In this document: positions 10,279-20,698 of the stretch, piece after piece
How positions within the stretch are numbered: position 1 is the first letter of the stretch
How the letters are laid out: every line of letters begins with the position of its first letter
NCBI GenBank assembly: GCA_021833065.1
Contig: JAKBGO010000002.1
Span: 11,493 to 75,492, forward strand
Direction of reading: 5' to 3'
Source: a bacterium
GTDB taxonomy: Bacteria; Patescibacteriota; Saccharimonadia; Saccharimonadales; UBA4665
DNA length: 64,000 nt
Position numbers and translations under genes: made by a program
The notes under the pieces: model-generated
Seen by the model: the letters and a program-made list of their open reading frames with translations, nothing else
Told to the model about the DNA's origin: nothing
Databases searched by the model: none

Positions 10279-10360
10279 TTATTTTTATTGCCCCCCGATT
10301 ATTTATTTCTCTTATGTTTATTTTAAACTTTTATTTTAGAAGTTTCAAATAACCAACCCG

Positions 10361-10888
10361 TTATTTTTTAAATCTTTCTGTGCACTCTCCGACAATATTA
10401 ATCGCATCGTCAATTGAACCCCAACCCAATACTTTGGTTGTGCCAGGTTTTTTCAAATCCTTATAGTGAGTAAAATGCTCTGCTATTTGAGATTTAAAGC
10501 GATCCGATAAATCGTCCAATGAATTAATGCTATCGCCCGTGTCGCGATCATCAGCCGGCACAACAACAACTTTATAGTCCATCTCTCCGTCATCTTCAAA
10601 ATTCAAAATTCCTATAATCTTACTACTTAACCAAACACCGGTTGGAATTGGTTCATTACATATAACCAAGGTATCCAGTTCGTCGCCATCTTCGTCGATG
10701 GTCCCCGGTATAAAGCCGTAATTAACAGGTTTTGCAAAAATTTTTGGTTCAACTCGATCTAACATAAATGCGGCCCGCTGACGGTCCCACTCGATTTTTA
10801 AGTTACTACCTTTTGGTATCTCTACTACAGTATTTACATAACCTTTTTTATAATCACCAACTTCTAATACCTTATTAAAATCTGCCAT
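10361..10888 (-). CDS. ppa: inorganic pyrophosphatase (family I)
   Basis: VVEIPKGSxxKxE, DGDELD and VVVP motifs. Confidence 0.9.
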   Translation of the reverse strand: MADFNKVLEVGDYKKGYVNTVVEIPKGSNLKIEWDRQRAAFMLDRVEPKIFAKPVNYGFIPGTIDEDGDELDTLVICNEPIPTGVWLSSKIIGILNFEDDGEMDYKVVVVPADDRDTGDSINSLDDLSDRFKSQIAEHFTHYKDLKKPGTTKVLGWGSIDDAINIVGECTERFKK

Positions 10889-10937
10889 TTATAATCCTTG
10901 TTTAAAAAAATCAATATTCACCTAAATTATACAACAA

Positions 10938-12143
10938 CTACTTCTCAAGATATTCTCTAATCTTTAGTGCGGCGGTAGCTCCTTCACCAACCGCAGAAGC
11001 TATTTGCATTGTTGAACCGGAACGAACATCCCCGGCTGCAAAAACTCCTTCAATTGCCGTCTCAAGATTGCTGTCAACTTCAACAAACCCCCGATTGTCC
11101 AATTTAACATTGGTGCCTTGTAGAAATTTTGTGTTTGGGTTCAATCCGACGAAGACAAAAATTCCATCGATAGGCATAGTTTTTTTCTCATGAGAAACAG
11201 TGTTTTCCAGACTAATCGAATTAATCATCTTACCATCTCCATTGAAGGACAATGGAACAGTAGTCAGGTGAATGGTAATTTTACCTTGTGCAACAAATTC
11301 ATTAATTTTCTCTACCAAAACGTCACTAGCCTTGACGCTAGATCTTACGATCAAATCAATATGAGAAGCAAACCTAGTTAGAAATATAGTCTCTTGAATC
11401 GCCGAGTTTCCACCACCTATAACAGCAATATTTTTGTCGCGATAAAACGCACCGTCACAGGTTGCGCAGTAGTGTACGCCTTTCGATACATACTCTGCCT
11501 CACCGGGAACACCTACTTTTTTATAATCCGAACCGGTAGCTATTAAAACTGAACGAGCCACCAGTTTACTCCCATCAACCAGTGATATTTCTTTTGTTTT
11601 GTTAGGATTTAATTTCAAACCTGTAACTTCGTTAAACTCTACTTTAGCACCAAATCTTTCAGCTTGTTTTTCCAATTTATCCGACAAATCAAGTCCGGAA
11701 ATTCCTTCTTCAAAACCAGGATAATTGTCAATCAAATCAGTAACTGCCGCCATACCCCCAATCACACCCTTTTCCAGAATCACGGTATCGATTCTTTCTC
11801 TGGTAGTATAGACCGCAGCCGATAGAGCTGCAGGACCAGCTCCAACAATCACCAAATCTCGAATTTCCTTTTCGGCTTTATCTTGTTTATATTCTTCCGG
11901 ATTAAGATTTAAGGCCTTCAAGAGTTCAGGATTTGAGGGTTCCTGTAAGATTTGTCCATCGGTAAGAACAATAGTTGGAATGACGTTTTTCCCGCCAGAT
12001 ATCTGAAGCATTTTGTTTTTTAATTCATCTGACGAATCGATATCGAAATAGTTATATTCAATGCTTAGGCTATCAAGCAATTCTCGGCTTCTATGACAGT
12101 CGGGACACCAATCAGCACCATACAAATCAATCTTATCTGACAT
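10938..12143 (-). CDS. trxB: glutaredoxin-like domain fused to low-Mr thioredoxin-disulfide reductase
   Basis: The N-terminal ~85 aa form a Grx/NrdH-like fold with CPDC. The remainder is TrxR, with GAGPAA FAD site, redox CATC and GGGNSA NADPH site. I placed the start at the ATG at 12141-12143, preceded by GAAGGAG. The track ORF extends to 12206 but would then overlap the upstream gene. Confidence 0.85.
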   Translation of the reverse strand: MSDKIDLYGADWCPDCHRSRELLDSLSIEYNYFDIDSSDELKNKMLQISGGKNVIPTIVLTDGQILQEPSNPELLKALNLNPEEYKQDKAEKEIRDLVIVGAGPAALSAAVYTTRERIDTVILEKGVIGGMAAVTDLIDNYPGFEEGISGLDLSDKLEKQAERFGAKVEFNEVTGLKLNPNKTKEISLVDGSKLVARSVLIATGSDYKKVGVPGEAEYVSKGVHYCATCDGAFYRDKNIAVIGGGNSAIQETIFLTRFASHIDLIVRSSVKASDVLVEKINEFVAQGKITIHLTTVPLSFNGDGKMINSISLENTVSHEKKTMPIDGIFVFVGLNPNTKFLQGTNVKLDNRGFVEVDSNLETAIEGVFAAGDVRSGSTMQIASAVGEGATAALKIREYLEK

Positions 12144-12165
12144 ATTTACTCCTTCTTTAGGCAAA

Positions 12166-12414
12166 TTAAACCAAGGCAGGCGCCAACTTTGACAAATTGT
12201 AACCAACGATTATCTCTCTAGTATCGTCTTTTTTAGTTACTACTGTTACGGGCACGGTTAAAGCTCCGGAAATTTCCATTGCTTCAGAGCGACGATGAGG
12301 ATTTTCATCCAGATTGACTTCCTCATAAGAAACACCTTTGATATTTAAGTATTTTTTAACCATCTGGCAATATGCACAGGTATTGGTCGTAAAAATGGTA
12401 ACGCCTTTTAACAT
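12166..12414 (-). CDS. glutaredoxin-like protein (NrdH/YruB-like)
   Basis: 82 aa, CAYC redox motif at the N-terminus, thioredoxin-fold length. Confidence 0.75.
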   Translation of the reverse strand: MLKGVTIFTTNTCAYCQMVKKYLNIKGVSYEEVNLDENPHRRSEAMEISGALTVPVTVVTKKDDTREIIVGYNLSKLAPALV

Positions 12415-12508
12415 ATTTTTGTCCTTTTAATTTTAAAGATGACTGATTTTTATTATATATAGCGCCCGGTTTTATATCAAGACGCTATATATTGTGTTTT
12501 TTAATACA

Positions 12509-13060
12509 TTACTGGACTTTTAGTAAGGTGACATCAAAGACCAAGGCAGCATTGGCTGGTATGCCTGATCCAGCTGGCGGATTGGCTCCATATGCGAGAT
12601 TGGCCGGAATATACAGACGTCTTGTACCGCCTACTTTCATACCCGGAATACCTTGTTGCCAACCCGGAATAACTTGATTTAAAGAGAACGTAACAGGGTT
12701 ACCACCACTGTCAGAAGTTGACTGAAAGATTGTACCGGTCGATGCCACTGCGCCGGTATAAACTACCGTCACCTTACTATTGGCTGTAGCGGCTGCTCCG
12801 GTTCCTGGGGTAGTGTCTACATAGCTAAGCTTAGTAATATTATTTTCCGGAGTAAAATTAGATAACTTTGTTCCCTGTAATTTTGAAGTGGAGCTAGTTT
12901 TACTATTATTAGTAGAAGTATTTGAACTAGTCAGCGATGCATTCTGATGGTTCTGTTGATAAATTGAAACTAATACGGCAATTGTTAAAGCCGATCCTGT
13001 CACCAAAAATAATATTGCACCGGTCAGAGCGAAAGCCCGAGATCTCATATTAGTTGCCAT
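12509..13060 (-). CDS. membrane-anchored FKBP-type peptidyl-prolyl isomerase
   Basis: N-terminal TM helix, an S/T/N-rich linker, and a C-terminal FKBP domain (VIPGWQQGIPGMKVGGTRRLYIPANLAYG). Confidence 0.85.
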   Translation of the reverse strand: MATNMRSRAFALTGAILFLVTGSALTIAVLVSIYQQNHQNASLTSSNTSTNNSKTSSTSKLQGTKLSNFTPENNITKLSYVDTTPGTGAAATANSKVTVVYTGAVASTGTIFQSTSDSGGNPVTFSLNQVIPGWQQGIPGMKVGGTRRLYIPANLAYGANPPAGSGIPANAALVFDVTLLKVQ

Positions 13061-13106
13061 AATAAAATAAAAACTCCTATATATTTATTTAGTAAAATCG
13101 AAAATA

Positions 13107-13556
13107 CTATTCTCCGGTAGTAATTTCTACTACCGAATCAGGAAAACCATTACCTATATATTTTATAATATTTTCCTTTAAAACCGATGGCAGTAAATTT
13201 ATTTTTTGAAGATCCGATATAGCCATCCAGAGCGGTTGGTAGAGATTTTCGCCTTTGGCAGATATTTTAGCTTCGGTAGAATCCGGTCTAAGCACTGGGA
13301 TGCCGGAAACATATTCGCACAAATAGATATATTGCAAGCCGAACATTTTGCCAGCATTCTCAATCATTACCAAGCGAGGCGAATCAACAATCAGTGATGA
13401 CTCTTCAGATACCTCTCTAATAACGGTTTCATGCGGCTGCTCGTTTATTTCTATTTCTCCGCCAATTAGCGAATAATATTCATAACCGAATTTATTTCTT
13501 TTCATCAAGAGAAGGTTGTCTTCTTTAATTACAATGGCTCTAGCAGTTTTTCTCAT
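13107..13556 (-). CDS. NUDIX hydrolase
   Basis: Nudix box GGEIEINEQPHETVIREVSEESSL. Confidence 0.8.
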   Translation of the reverse strand: MRKTARAIVIKEDNLLLMKRNKFGYEYYSLIGGEIEINEQPHETVIREVSEESSLIVDSPRLVMIENAGKMFGLQYIYLCEYVSGIPVLRPDSTEAKISAKGENLYQPLWMAISDLQKINLLPSVLKENIIKYIGNGFPDSVVEITTGE

Positions 13557-13560
13557 TTTC

Positions 13561-16080
13561 TTAAATTAATTTAGCCCCCAAACTAGCATGCATCTTTGAC
13601 TCAATTTTAGAACTTATTTCATTGATTATTTTATCAGACAATGTCTTATCAAAATCTGTATAAACCACTCTGAATGTAAGGTTCTTTGTCTCACTGGAAT
13701 CTTTTAGGAAAATATCAACCAGGGATATTTCAGATGCTAAAGATGAATCGAGGACTTCTGATAATGCAGCGGCCAGCCCCTTAACAACTTGTTCATAGTT
13801 TTTATCCTTCGAAACCGCGAAACAATAATCGCGGTCTATGGTCGGAAAACGTGACAATTTGGAATATTGACTTTCATTGCTAAGTCCAAGCAATGACTGA
13901 AGATCGACTTCGAAGCCCGAGACAAATTTCGGTAGCTTAAACGAATAAGCCGTCTTTGCCGTGAATTCACCGATTAAGCCAATCATTTTTTCATCCAGAT
14001 AAACCGAAGCGGAATGATTGTTCAAAAATCCATTAGCAGTATCGGCCCACAAATCATCCTTAATGCTCGTCAGCGGTCTGTAACTTATTCTGGTTTTGAC
14101 ATTAAAATAATCAAACAGCGAATCAAGATATTTTTTAGACCAATAATATGATGAACCCTTAATTTTCTTAGAATTTTTATCGCTTTTAGCATAAACAAAG
14201 GCTAAACGTCGTCTAAAATCTGGTACTTCAAAATAGTCATTGATACCTAAGATCGTAGAATGCACCCTCCCTATTTCAAACATGGCAAAGTTATCATGAG
14301 AAGCCCTGATGTTTTGATTAATTTTGTCGAGCAATGAACTAATGATGTTCGATCGGTAGTATTTGAGATCAGGGCTAAGAGCATTCTTGACAATGTAATG
14401 ATGATTGGGGTCCGAGGAGAAGGAATCTAGAATCCGCTGCGGTACAAAGCTATAGCTTAACACCTCACTTGCACCTCTGGATGACAAAAATTTCCTGATC
14501 TCACTGTTCAAATTTAGTTCAGGGTGTGGGAAAACCGGCGTTGCCTCTCTCCTAAGATTAATTTTTTCAATTAGGTCAAAGCCCCGAATTCTTCCAATCT
14601 CCTCTGCAACGTCTTGCCAAATATGAATATCCGTTCGCCAATAAGGTGCCTTAATGCTCATCTCATCGCCCCTAACAGACACTTCAAACTCAACATTAGT
14701 TAAAAGTTTTTGCATTGTTTCGGGAGTTAAATCCGTGCCCAATAATTTGTTTACAGAATTCGCGGACACAACTAGAACAGAATTGGCAGATTGCTGATCA
14801 ATCTCATTTGAGCTATAAATAGCTGGGCTGTTTGATATATCGGTGGTTTTCGATATGAGATTGACGGCTTTTGAAAGTACAAAATCTACTTGATAAGGAC
14901 TCTGTCCCTTAGTAAATCTAGTAACAGCATCGGAAAACAACCCATACACCATTGAAGTCCGTTTTATCTTATACATATCAAAGGTGGCAGCTTCCAGCAC
15001 AATTGAGGTCGTGTTTTCATCTATCATAGAATTTAGTCCCCCCATGACACCGGCTAGTCCCACCGACTTATCGTCAGTGGAAATCACTATCATATCTTCT
15101 TCAAGTGTTATCTCTTTACCATTTAGCAAAACCAGTTTTTCATCTTTTTCAGATCTTCTGGCAATCAAACTAACCCCACCGGACTTAGAAAGTGCCTTTA
15201 GCTTATCATAGTCATAAGCGTGAAGTGGCTGGGCTGTCAACATCATCATATAGTTCGTAACGTCTACAACATTGTTGATAGATTTTATTCCCAAACGTGC
15301 CAACTTAACTTTTAGCCATAACGGACTAGGACCAACTTTAATACCCTTGAGAAGGCTTAGATTGAAAATCGGCACCAAATCTTTTGCCTGGTTGATAGAT
15401 TTAAGGTCAGCATCTGAAGACCTTGGTAAAACGGTCTCGTCTTTAAAATACCAATCAGGCGAGACGAATGGACTGTTATACATTCCGCTTACTTCTCGGG
15501 CTAAACCTACCTGACCGAAACAGTCCGGTCGATGAGTGAACATCTTATTCTCAATATCTATAATTACATCGTTGAGCTGATAAGCTTCAGAGAACGAACT
15601 TCCTGGCTTAAAATCACCATCAATCTCCAAAATGCCATCGTGATTATCGGATAAGTCTAATTCTTTTTCCGATGCCAACATGCCGTTACTGTTATGACCC
15701 AATATCGGTTTAACCTTTAAAACGAATGGCTCCTTATCTTTAATTGTTGAAGGGACAATACTGTTAGGAGGCAAGTAGACACTCAACATTCCAGATCGAA
15801 CATTGGGGGCGCCACAAACTACAGGGATGTAACCGTCGCTATTTCTCTCGATTTGCTTAACGTAACCACCGTCATCAACGAGACATGCCGATAAATGGTT
15901 TGATTCCTTAATTGGTACTGCTTTAATTACTTTGACAATCAAGACGTCCTTATACTTCGCATTTAAGTCTATAACCTCTTCGACTTGACCGAGCTTAGAA
16001 CCAATTGTGCTCACTAACTCATCAGGAGACGGTAACTCGAAATTGACTAAATCTTTAATTTCATTAAGGCTTAACTTCAT
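13561..16080 (-). CDS. pheT: phenylalanine--tRNA ligase beta subunit
   Basis: 839 aa; tRNA-binding, B3/4, B5 and anticodon-binding regions in the usual order; overlaps pheS by 4 nt. Confidence 0.95.
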   Translation of the reverse strand: MKLSLNEIKDLVNFELPSPDELVSTIGSKLGQVEEVIDLNAKYKDVLIVKVIKAVPIKESNHLSACLVDDGGYVKQIERNSDGYIPVVCGAPNVRSGMLSVYLPPNSIVPSTIKDKEPFVLKVKPILGHNSNGMLASEKELDLSDNHDGILEIDGDFKPGSSFSEAYQLNDVIIDIENKMFTHRPDCFGQVGLAREVSGMYNSPFVSPDWYFKDETVLPRSSDADLKSINQAKDLVPIFNLSLLKGIKVGPSPLWLKVKLARLGIKSINNVVDVTNYMMMLTAQPLHAYDYDKLKALSKSGGVSLIARRSEKDEKLVLLNGKEITLEEDMIVISTDDKSVGLAGVMGGLNSMIDENTTSIVLEAATFDMYKIKRTSMVYGLFSDAVTRFTKGQSPYQVDFVLSKAVNLISKTTDISNSPAIYSSNEIDQQSANSVLVVSANSVNKLLGTDLTPETMQKLLTNVEFEVSVRGDEMSIKAPYWRTDIHIWQDVAEEIGRIRGFDLIEKINLRREATPVFPHPELNLNSEIRKFLSSRGASEVLSYSFVPQRILDSFSSDPNHHYIVKNALSPDLKYYRSNIISSLLDKINQNIRASHDNFAMFEIGRVHSTILGINDYFEVPDFRRRLAFVYAKSDKNSKKIKGSSYYWSKKYLDSLFDYFNVKTRISYRPLTSIKDDLWADTANGFLNNHSASVYLDEKMIGLIGEFTAKTAYSFKLPKFVSGFEVDLQSLLGLSNESQYSKLSRFPTIDRDYCFAVSKDKNYEQVVKGLAAALSEVLDSSLASEISLVDIFLKDSSETKNLTFRVVYTDFDKTLSDKIINEISSKIESKMHASLGAKLI

Positions 16081-17135
16081 TTGAATTGCTCCAAAAAATT
16101 AAGTCTGCCGGATTCAAAATACCTAACATCTTCTATGCCATATTTCATCATCACTAACCGATCTATCCCAACACCAAACGCAAAACCACTATACTTATCT
16201 GAATCAACTCCGGCTAGTCTTAAAACTTCTGGGTGAATCATACCGCATCCCAGAATTTCTATAAATCCACTATAGGAGCAGATATGACAGCCTCTTTTGT
16301 CGCAAAAGGGGCAAGACATCGAGAATTCAAAACTCGGTTCTGTGAATGGAAAATAGAAGGGCTGAGTCTTGAAATCGAGATCTTTTTGATAATAGGCCTC
16401 TAGAAAAGTCTTCAGAGTAGCCATTAAATTACCGACTGTGACATTCTCTCCGACATAAACCCCTTCTAGCTGATAAAATGTATGTTCGTGCCTGGCGTCA
16501 AGATCTTCATTTCTAAAAACTCTCCCAGGTATGACAGCAGCAATTGGTTTACTCGATTTCTCTAATGCATCCTTGCCGGCCCGAATCACTCGGTTTTGCA
16601 TACTTGAAGTGTGGGCCGGAGCAATAAAGGGTTTAGTATCTTTTGAAACTTGTTCTGTCATGAAAGTGTCAAAATCATCACGGGCAGGATGTCCTTCGGG
16701 AAAATTCAGAGAACCGAACATATGGAAATCGTCATCAAGTTCCAAGCTTTCGACCGACTGAAAGCCCATCTTAGAAAAAATGTCTGTAACTTTTCTTATT
16801 TCAGTGGTTAATGGATGAAGACTACCGAGCTCAACAGGGATAAACTGCGGCAAATCATTCTGGGATAAGTTATCATCGAATGGCGCTGTAACATCAATAG
16901 GCAGAGCTACTTCGCCACTATCATTAGATTCAATAACCAATCTTTCGAATTCCTGCTTCAAGGCATTGATATTTTTTCCAAATGACGGTCTGTCAGCATT
17001 ATCCAATGATTTAAGCTGAGCATAAAGTTCGATAAAGACATTGGACTTTAATATATCTTTTTTGATTTCCAGTGTCTCAAATTGTTCCAGTAAGGCTTGA
17101 TACGCCCTCTCTATCCTATCGTCTTCAAATTTCAT
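16077..17135 (-). CDS. pheS: phenylalanine--tRNA ligase alpha subunit
   Basis: Class II aaRS motifs (HPxRD, FRNE, GFAFGVGIDR). Confidence 0.95.
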   Translation of the reverse strand: MKFEDDRIERAYQALLEQFETLEIKKDILKSNVFIELYAQLKSLDNADRPSFGKNINALKQEFERLVIESNDSGEVALPIDVTAPFDDNLSQNDLPQFIPVELGSLHPLTTEIRKVTDIFSKMGFQSVESLELDDDFHMFGSLNFPEGHPARDDFDTFMTEQVSKDTKPFIAPAHTSSMQNRVIRAGKDALEKSSKPIAAVIPGRVFRNEDLDARHEHTFYQLEGVYVGENVTVGNLMATLKTFLEAYYQKDLDFKTQPFYFPFTEPSFEFSMSCPFCDKRGCHICSYSGFIEILGCGMIHPEVLRLAGVDSDKYSGFAFGVGIDRLVMMKYGIEDVRYFESGRLNFLEQFK

Positions 17136-17188
17136 AATTTAACTAAATTATATCAGATGAATTTTGAATTTACGCTATAATAACAGGC

Positions 17189-17683
17189 ATGGCACTAAAT
17201 TCCTTCGACATAACTTCCGGTTTCAATAAAGCGGAGGTTAATAATGTTTTCGAGCAGACCAAAAGAGAGCTACAAACCAGATACGATTTAAAAAATTCTA
17301 ACGCTGATATAAGCTGGTTAGATAATCAAGCGGGGTTTAAGATTATCGCCGATAATGAATGGCAAATAGAAACAATCATAGAAATTATTAGAAAGAAACT
17401 AGCTGCCAGAAACTTATCCCAGCAACTGGTAGACGTCAGCAAGGATAATATCACTTCTAATCTAAAAACCACCAAAGAAATACCAATTAAACAAGTTCTA
17501 TCTAAAGAAGATGTTGCTCAGTTATCAAAAATAATCCGACCGGAATTTTCAAAAGTTAAGCTCATACCCTCCGGAGACTACCTACGTGTTGAGTCTTCCT
17601 CCAGAGATGAACTTCAAAAAGTAATCAGTTTCATAAAAAACAAAGATCTGGGATTTGCAGTTAATTTCACTAACTACAAATGA
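17189..17683 (+). CDS. yajQ: YajQ-family (UPF0234) nucleotide-binding protein
   Basis: 164 aa, collinear with the E. coli YajQ pattern (SFDI..., RYDLK, DELQKVISFIK, ...FTNYK). Confidence 0.85.
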   Translation: MALNSFDITSGFNKAEVNNVFEQTKRELQTRYDLKNSNADISWLDNQAGFKIIADNEWQIETIIEIIRKKLAARNLSQQLVDVSKDNITSNLKTTKEIPIKQVLSKEDVAQLSKIIRPEFSKVKLIPSGDYLRVESSSRDELQKVISFIKNKDLGFAVNFTNYK

Positions 17684-17684
17684 T

Positions 17685-18290
17685 TTAGTCTCTTACTGTC
17701 ACTGTAGTACCGATTGTTGCCCAGTTGTATAGCCAAGCTGCCGCCGCATCCGGTAATTCTACGCAACCATGTGAGGCATTTAGTGAATTGGGTGAGATAT
17801 TACCAAATTGATCAGGCGTCCGCCATGGTGCATCATGAAGACCGTAAGCTCCATATTGATTAGTCAGAAAAGGCATCCAGTACTTAACCGGATCCGTCCA
17901 GCTGCCTGAAGCATCAGAACCTGTAAGCGTTACATTGGCTTCTTTTGCGTAGATTTTATACGTTCCAACCGGTGTAACGTCGGAAGCATAATTTTCATCA
18001 CCAGTCACAACCGGCGTATCGTAAACTTGATTCGATCCGGAACAAGCCCATAAATGCTGAGCCGATATAGAAACAAGTATCAAGTTACTAATGGTATTCC
18101 CTAAGCAGACCGGTGTTGTAGGATGAGAATTTGTCGAAATTTGAGTAGATTTGGTATCAGTTATTTTTGGAACAACATAGCCTCTAGTCGGCTTAGAGGC
18201 AGTTACTTTTATTCCTCCTATTACCATGAAAGCCATAATAACCGCTGACATAAAGAAATTAAATCGTCGAACTTTTTTAGTTAAAATCAT
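17685..18290 (-). CDS. L,D-transpeptidase (YkuD domain), membrane-anchored
   Basis: N-terminal TM helix; catalytic region GLHDAPW...SHGCVELP. Confidence 0.8.
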   Translation of the reverse strand: MILTKKVRRFNFFMSAVIMAFMVIGGIKVTASKPTRGYVVPKITDTKSTQISTNSHPTTPVCLGNTISNLILVSISAQHLWACSGSNQVYDTPVVTGDENYASDVTPVGTYKIYAKEANVTLTGSDASGSWTDPVKYWMPFLTNQYGAYGLHDAPWRTPDQFGNISPNSLNASHGCVELPDAAAAWLYNWATIGTTVTVRD

Positions 18291-18339
18291 TTTCGTTTTT
18301 ATTATCTAGTCTAATTATACCCTAGAAAATAAAATCAAA

Positions 18340-20169
18340 TCATATCTTACTTCGTTTTCGTTTAATAGGATCTAGTTCTCTTTTCCTGAGTCTAAGGGAG
18401 CTAGGCGTTACTTCTAAAAGCTCGTCGTTTTCAATGAAATCAAGACTTTGTTCCAGACTTAGAATTGTCGGTGGAGTCAGCTGAACCACTCCGTCGCTCG
18501 ATGATGATCTCATGTTAGTCAAATGCTTTGCCTTGCAAACATTTATTTCTAGATCATCTCCCCTGCTATTCAAGCCTATTATCTGACCAGCATAGACGTT
18601 CTCAGCCGGACCTATAAAAATCGTTCCTCTGCTTTCGGCATTCTGTAAAGAATAAGGAGTAGAAACACCCGTTTCAAAAGATATCAGTACACCGTTCCTT
18701 AGTCGAGGCAAAGCACTTCCGAGTGGCTCATAGCCATTAACAATGGAGTTCATAATAATCGTCCCTCTAGTAGCTGTCATCAGAATATTTCTTATCCCTA
18801 GAAAAGTTCTGGTTGGCATCTGATAAACCAATTTCGTAACCTCGCTTGAAGCACTAAATTGATCTATCAGATTTGCTCGTCTTTTGCCAAATTCCATCTG
18901 CACCGGACCGACATATTCAGTCGGAACCTCTACAATTACTTCCTCAACCGGTTCAAGGGTTTGTCCATCGACTTGCCTGTTAACTACTTGTGGACGTCCA
19001 ACCTCAAACTCGTAACCCTCACGTCTTAAAGTCTCGATTAAAACGCCTAGATGCAATTCACCGCGACCAGAGACTTTAAAGCCGATACCCTCTTCTTCCA
19101 CTCTCAGCCCAACATTTGTCTCAAGCTCTTTAGATAACCTCTCTCCTATTTGTCTTGAGGTATTGAATTTCCCTTCCTGACCCTTAAAAGGAGAGGTATT
19201 TGGTCCTAAATAAATTTGAAGAGTTGGCATTTCAACTTCTATTACAGGTAGTGCTTCAGGCTTTGAGCTATCGGCGATTGTTTCTCCTATTTTAGCATCG
19301 GAAATTCCAGTTAATTGGACTATGTCACCAGCAATTCCTTTTTCGATTTCAAACTTTTCGAGTCCCCAAGATGAATAAATGTTTTCTACTCTGGCCGGCT
19401 TAAAACTACCATCAGTTTTACAAAGAGTAACGCTATCTCCAGGCTTAATTTCACCCCGAGATATTTTTCCAATGGCATATTTACCCTTAAACGTATCGAA
19501 ATTCAAGGCCGTGACCAGCATTTGAAATGATCCGTTTATGTCAACTTCGGGAGCAGGAACATGTTCTTTGATGGCTTCAAAGATAACCGATAAATCTGAG
19601 TTGTCTTCAATATTTGTAGGAAATTCTTTCCAGGCTTTTCCATCACGACCAATTGAATAATAAATCGGATAATGAAGTTGGTCTTCGTGGACTGCCAGTT
19701 CGAGAAATAAATTATCCAGGTCATCTTTGACTTTATCGATAGACGCTCCGGGCTTATCAATTTTATTAATTACTACAATTACTTTAAGCTCGTTGGCCAA
19801 TGCTTTGGATAACACAAACTTGGTTTGAGGCATCGGACCTTCTTTGGCGTCAACTATCAATAAACATCCGTCAGCCATATTGAGAGTTCTTTCCACCTCG
19901 CCAGAGAAATCCGCGTGACCAGGGGTATCTATGATATTTATTCTAAAATCTTCATAATTTATAGCCGTAATTTTGGCCGTAATGGTGATGCCTCTTTCTC
20001 TTTCTTGGTCACCACTGTCCATAATAAGGGACTGGTTCATCTCAGACTGATTATCCCTAAAAGTATGGGACTGTTTTAATAATCCATCGACCAATGTGGT
20101 TTTACCATGGTCAACATGGGCAATAATGGCAATATTTCTAATACGACTACTATCAATTATTTCACTCAT
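18340..20169 (-). CDS. typA: translational GTPase TypA/BipA
   Basis: AHVDHGKTT, DTPGHADF and NKID G-motifs; 609 aa with a BipA-type C-terminus. Confidence 0.95.
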   Translation of the reverse strand: MSEIIDSSRIRNIAIIAHVDHGKTTLVDGLLKQSHTFRDNQSEMNQSLIMDSGDQERERGITITAKITAINYEDFRINIIDTPGHADFSGEVERTLNMADGCLLIVDAKEGPMPQTKFVLSKALANELKVIVVINKIDKPGASIDKVKDDLDNLFLELAVHEDQLHYPIYYSIGRDGKAWKEFPTNIEDNSDLSVIFEAIKEHVPAPEVDINGSFQMLVTALNFDTFKGKYAIGKISRGEIKPGDSVTLCKTDGSFKPARVENIYSSWGLEKFEIEKGIAGDIVQLTGISDAKIGETIADSSKPEALPVIEVEMPTLQIYLGPNTSPFKGQEGKFNTSRQIGERLSKELETNVGLRVEEEGIGFKVSGRGELHLGVLIETLRREGYEFEVGRPQVVNRQVDGQTLEPVEEVIVEVPTEYVGPVQMEFGKRRANLIDQFSASSEVTKLVYQMPTRTFLGIRNILMTATRGTIIMNSIVNGYEPLGSALPRLRNGVLISFETGVSTPYSLQNAESRGTIFIGPAENVYAGQIIGLNSRGDDLEINVCKAKHLTNMRSSSSDGVVQLTPPTILSLEQSLDFIENDELLEVTPSSLRLRKRELDPIKRKRSKI

Positions 20170-20263
20170 AATAAACTCAAGGCGTTTAGCTTTTATTTTA
20201 TTAATATAACTTAAGATTTATATTAACATATTTTTTTATTTTTTTCAAACGTATTTAGCATTT

Positions 20264-20644
20264 CTAGTAGTCGTTAACAACCGGTTTATGACGGCTTAAA
20301 ACAGTACTCATTGGTGTGTTGGTTTCGATTGCAACATATAATGAACTAAGCATCCTCTCGTCACCCCTTATTTCAGGAACCTCCGGCTCGCAGCAACGAT
20401 TTGTGGCATTTCTACAACTACCAATCAAACCGTCTCTATAATCAGTTAAGGCAACCTTGCCAGCACGGAGCGAAATATAAAATCGGTCTTGGTCAGTTAA
20501 ATTTTCCGGATCAAACTCGCCTTGATGTCCCAAGGCTTTTAACTCTTCGTCTATCGATGCAATAAACCGGCTAGCCGCTTTGCAAAGCATGGCACGATGA
20601 CAACTTCTATCACTGCAAATTAAACTATCTGTTAATTTTTCCAT
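20264..20644 (-). CDS. hypothetical Cys-rich protein
   Basis: 126-aa ORF with clustered cysteines (CSDRSC, C-x6-CC). I recognise no family. Confidence 0.45.
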   Translation of the reverse strand: MEKLTDSLICSDRSCHRAMLCKAASRFIASIDEELKALGHQGEFDPENLTDQDRFYISLRAGKVALTDYRDGLIGSCRNATNRCCEPEVPEIRGDERMLSSLYVAIETNTPMSTVLSRHKPVVNDY

Positions 20645-20698
20645 TTAAACTATAATACTCTTTAAATAATTTTTGTAAATATTGAAAAGCAAAGAAGA

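Noticed and set aside
12144-12206. A 21-codon N-terminal extension of the Grx::TrxR ORF (MVTICQSWRLPWFNLPKEGVN).
   Set aside because: It would overlap the upstream redoxin gene by 41 nt. The internal ATG at 12141-12143 has a GAAGGAG RBS and yields a typical redoxin N-terminus.
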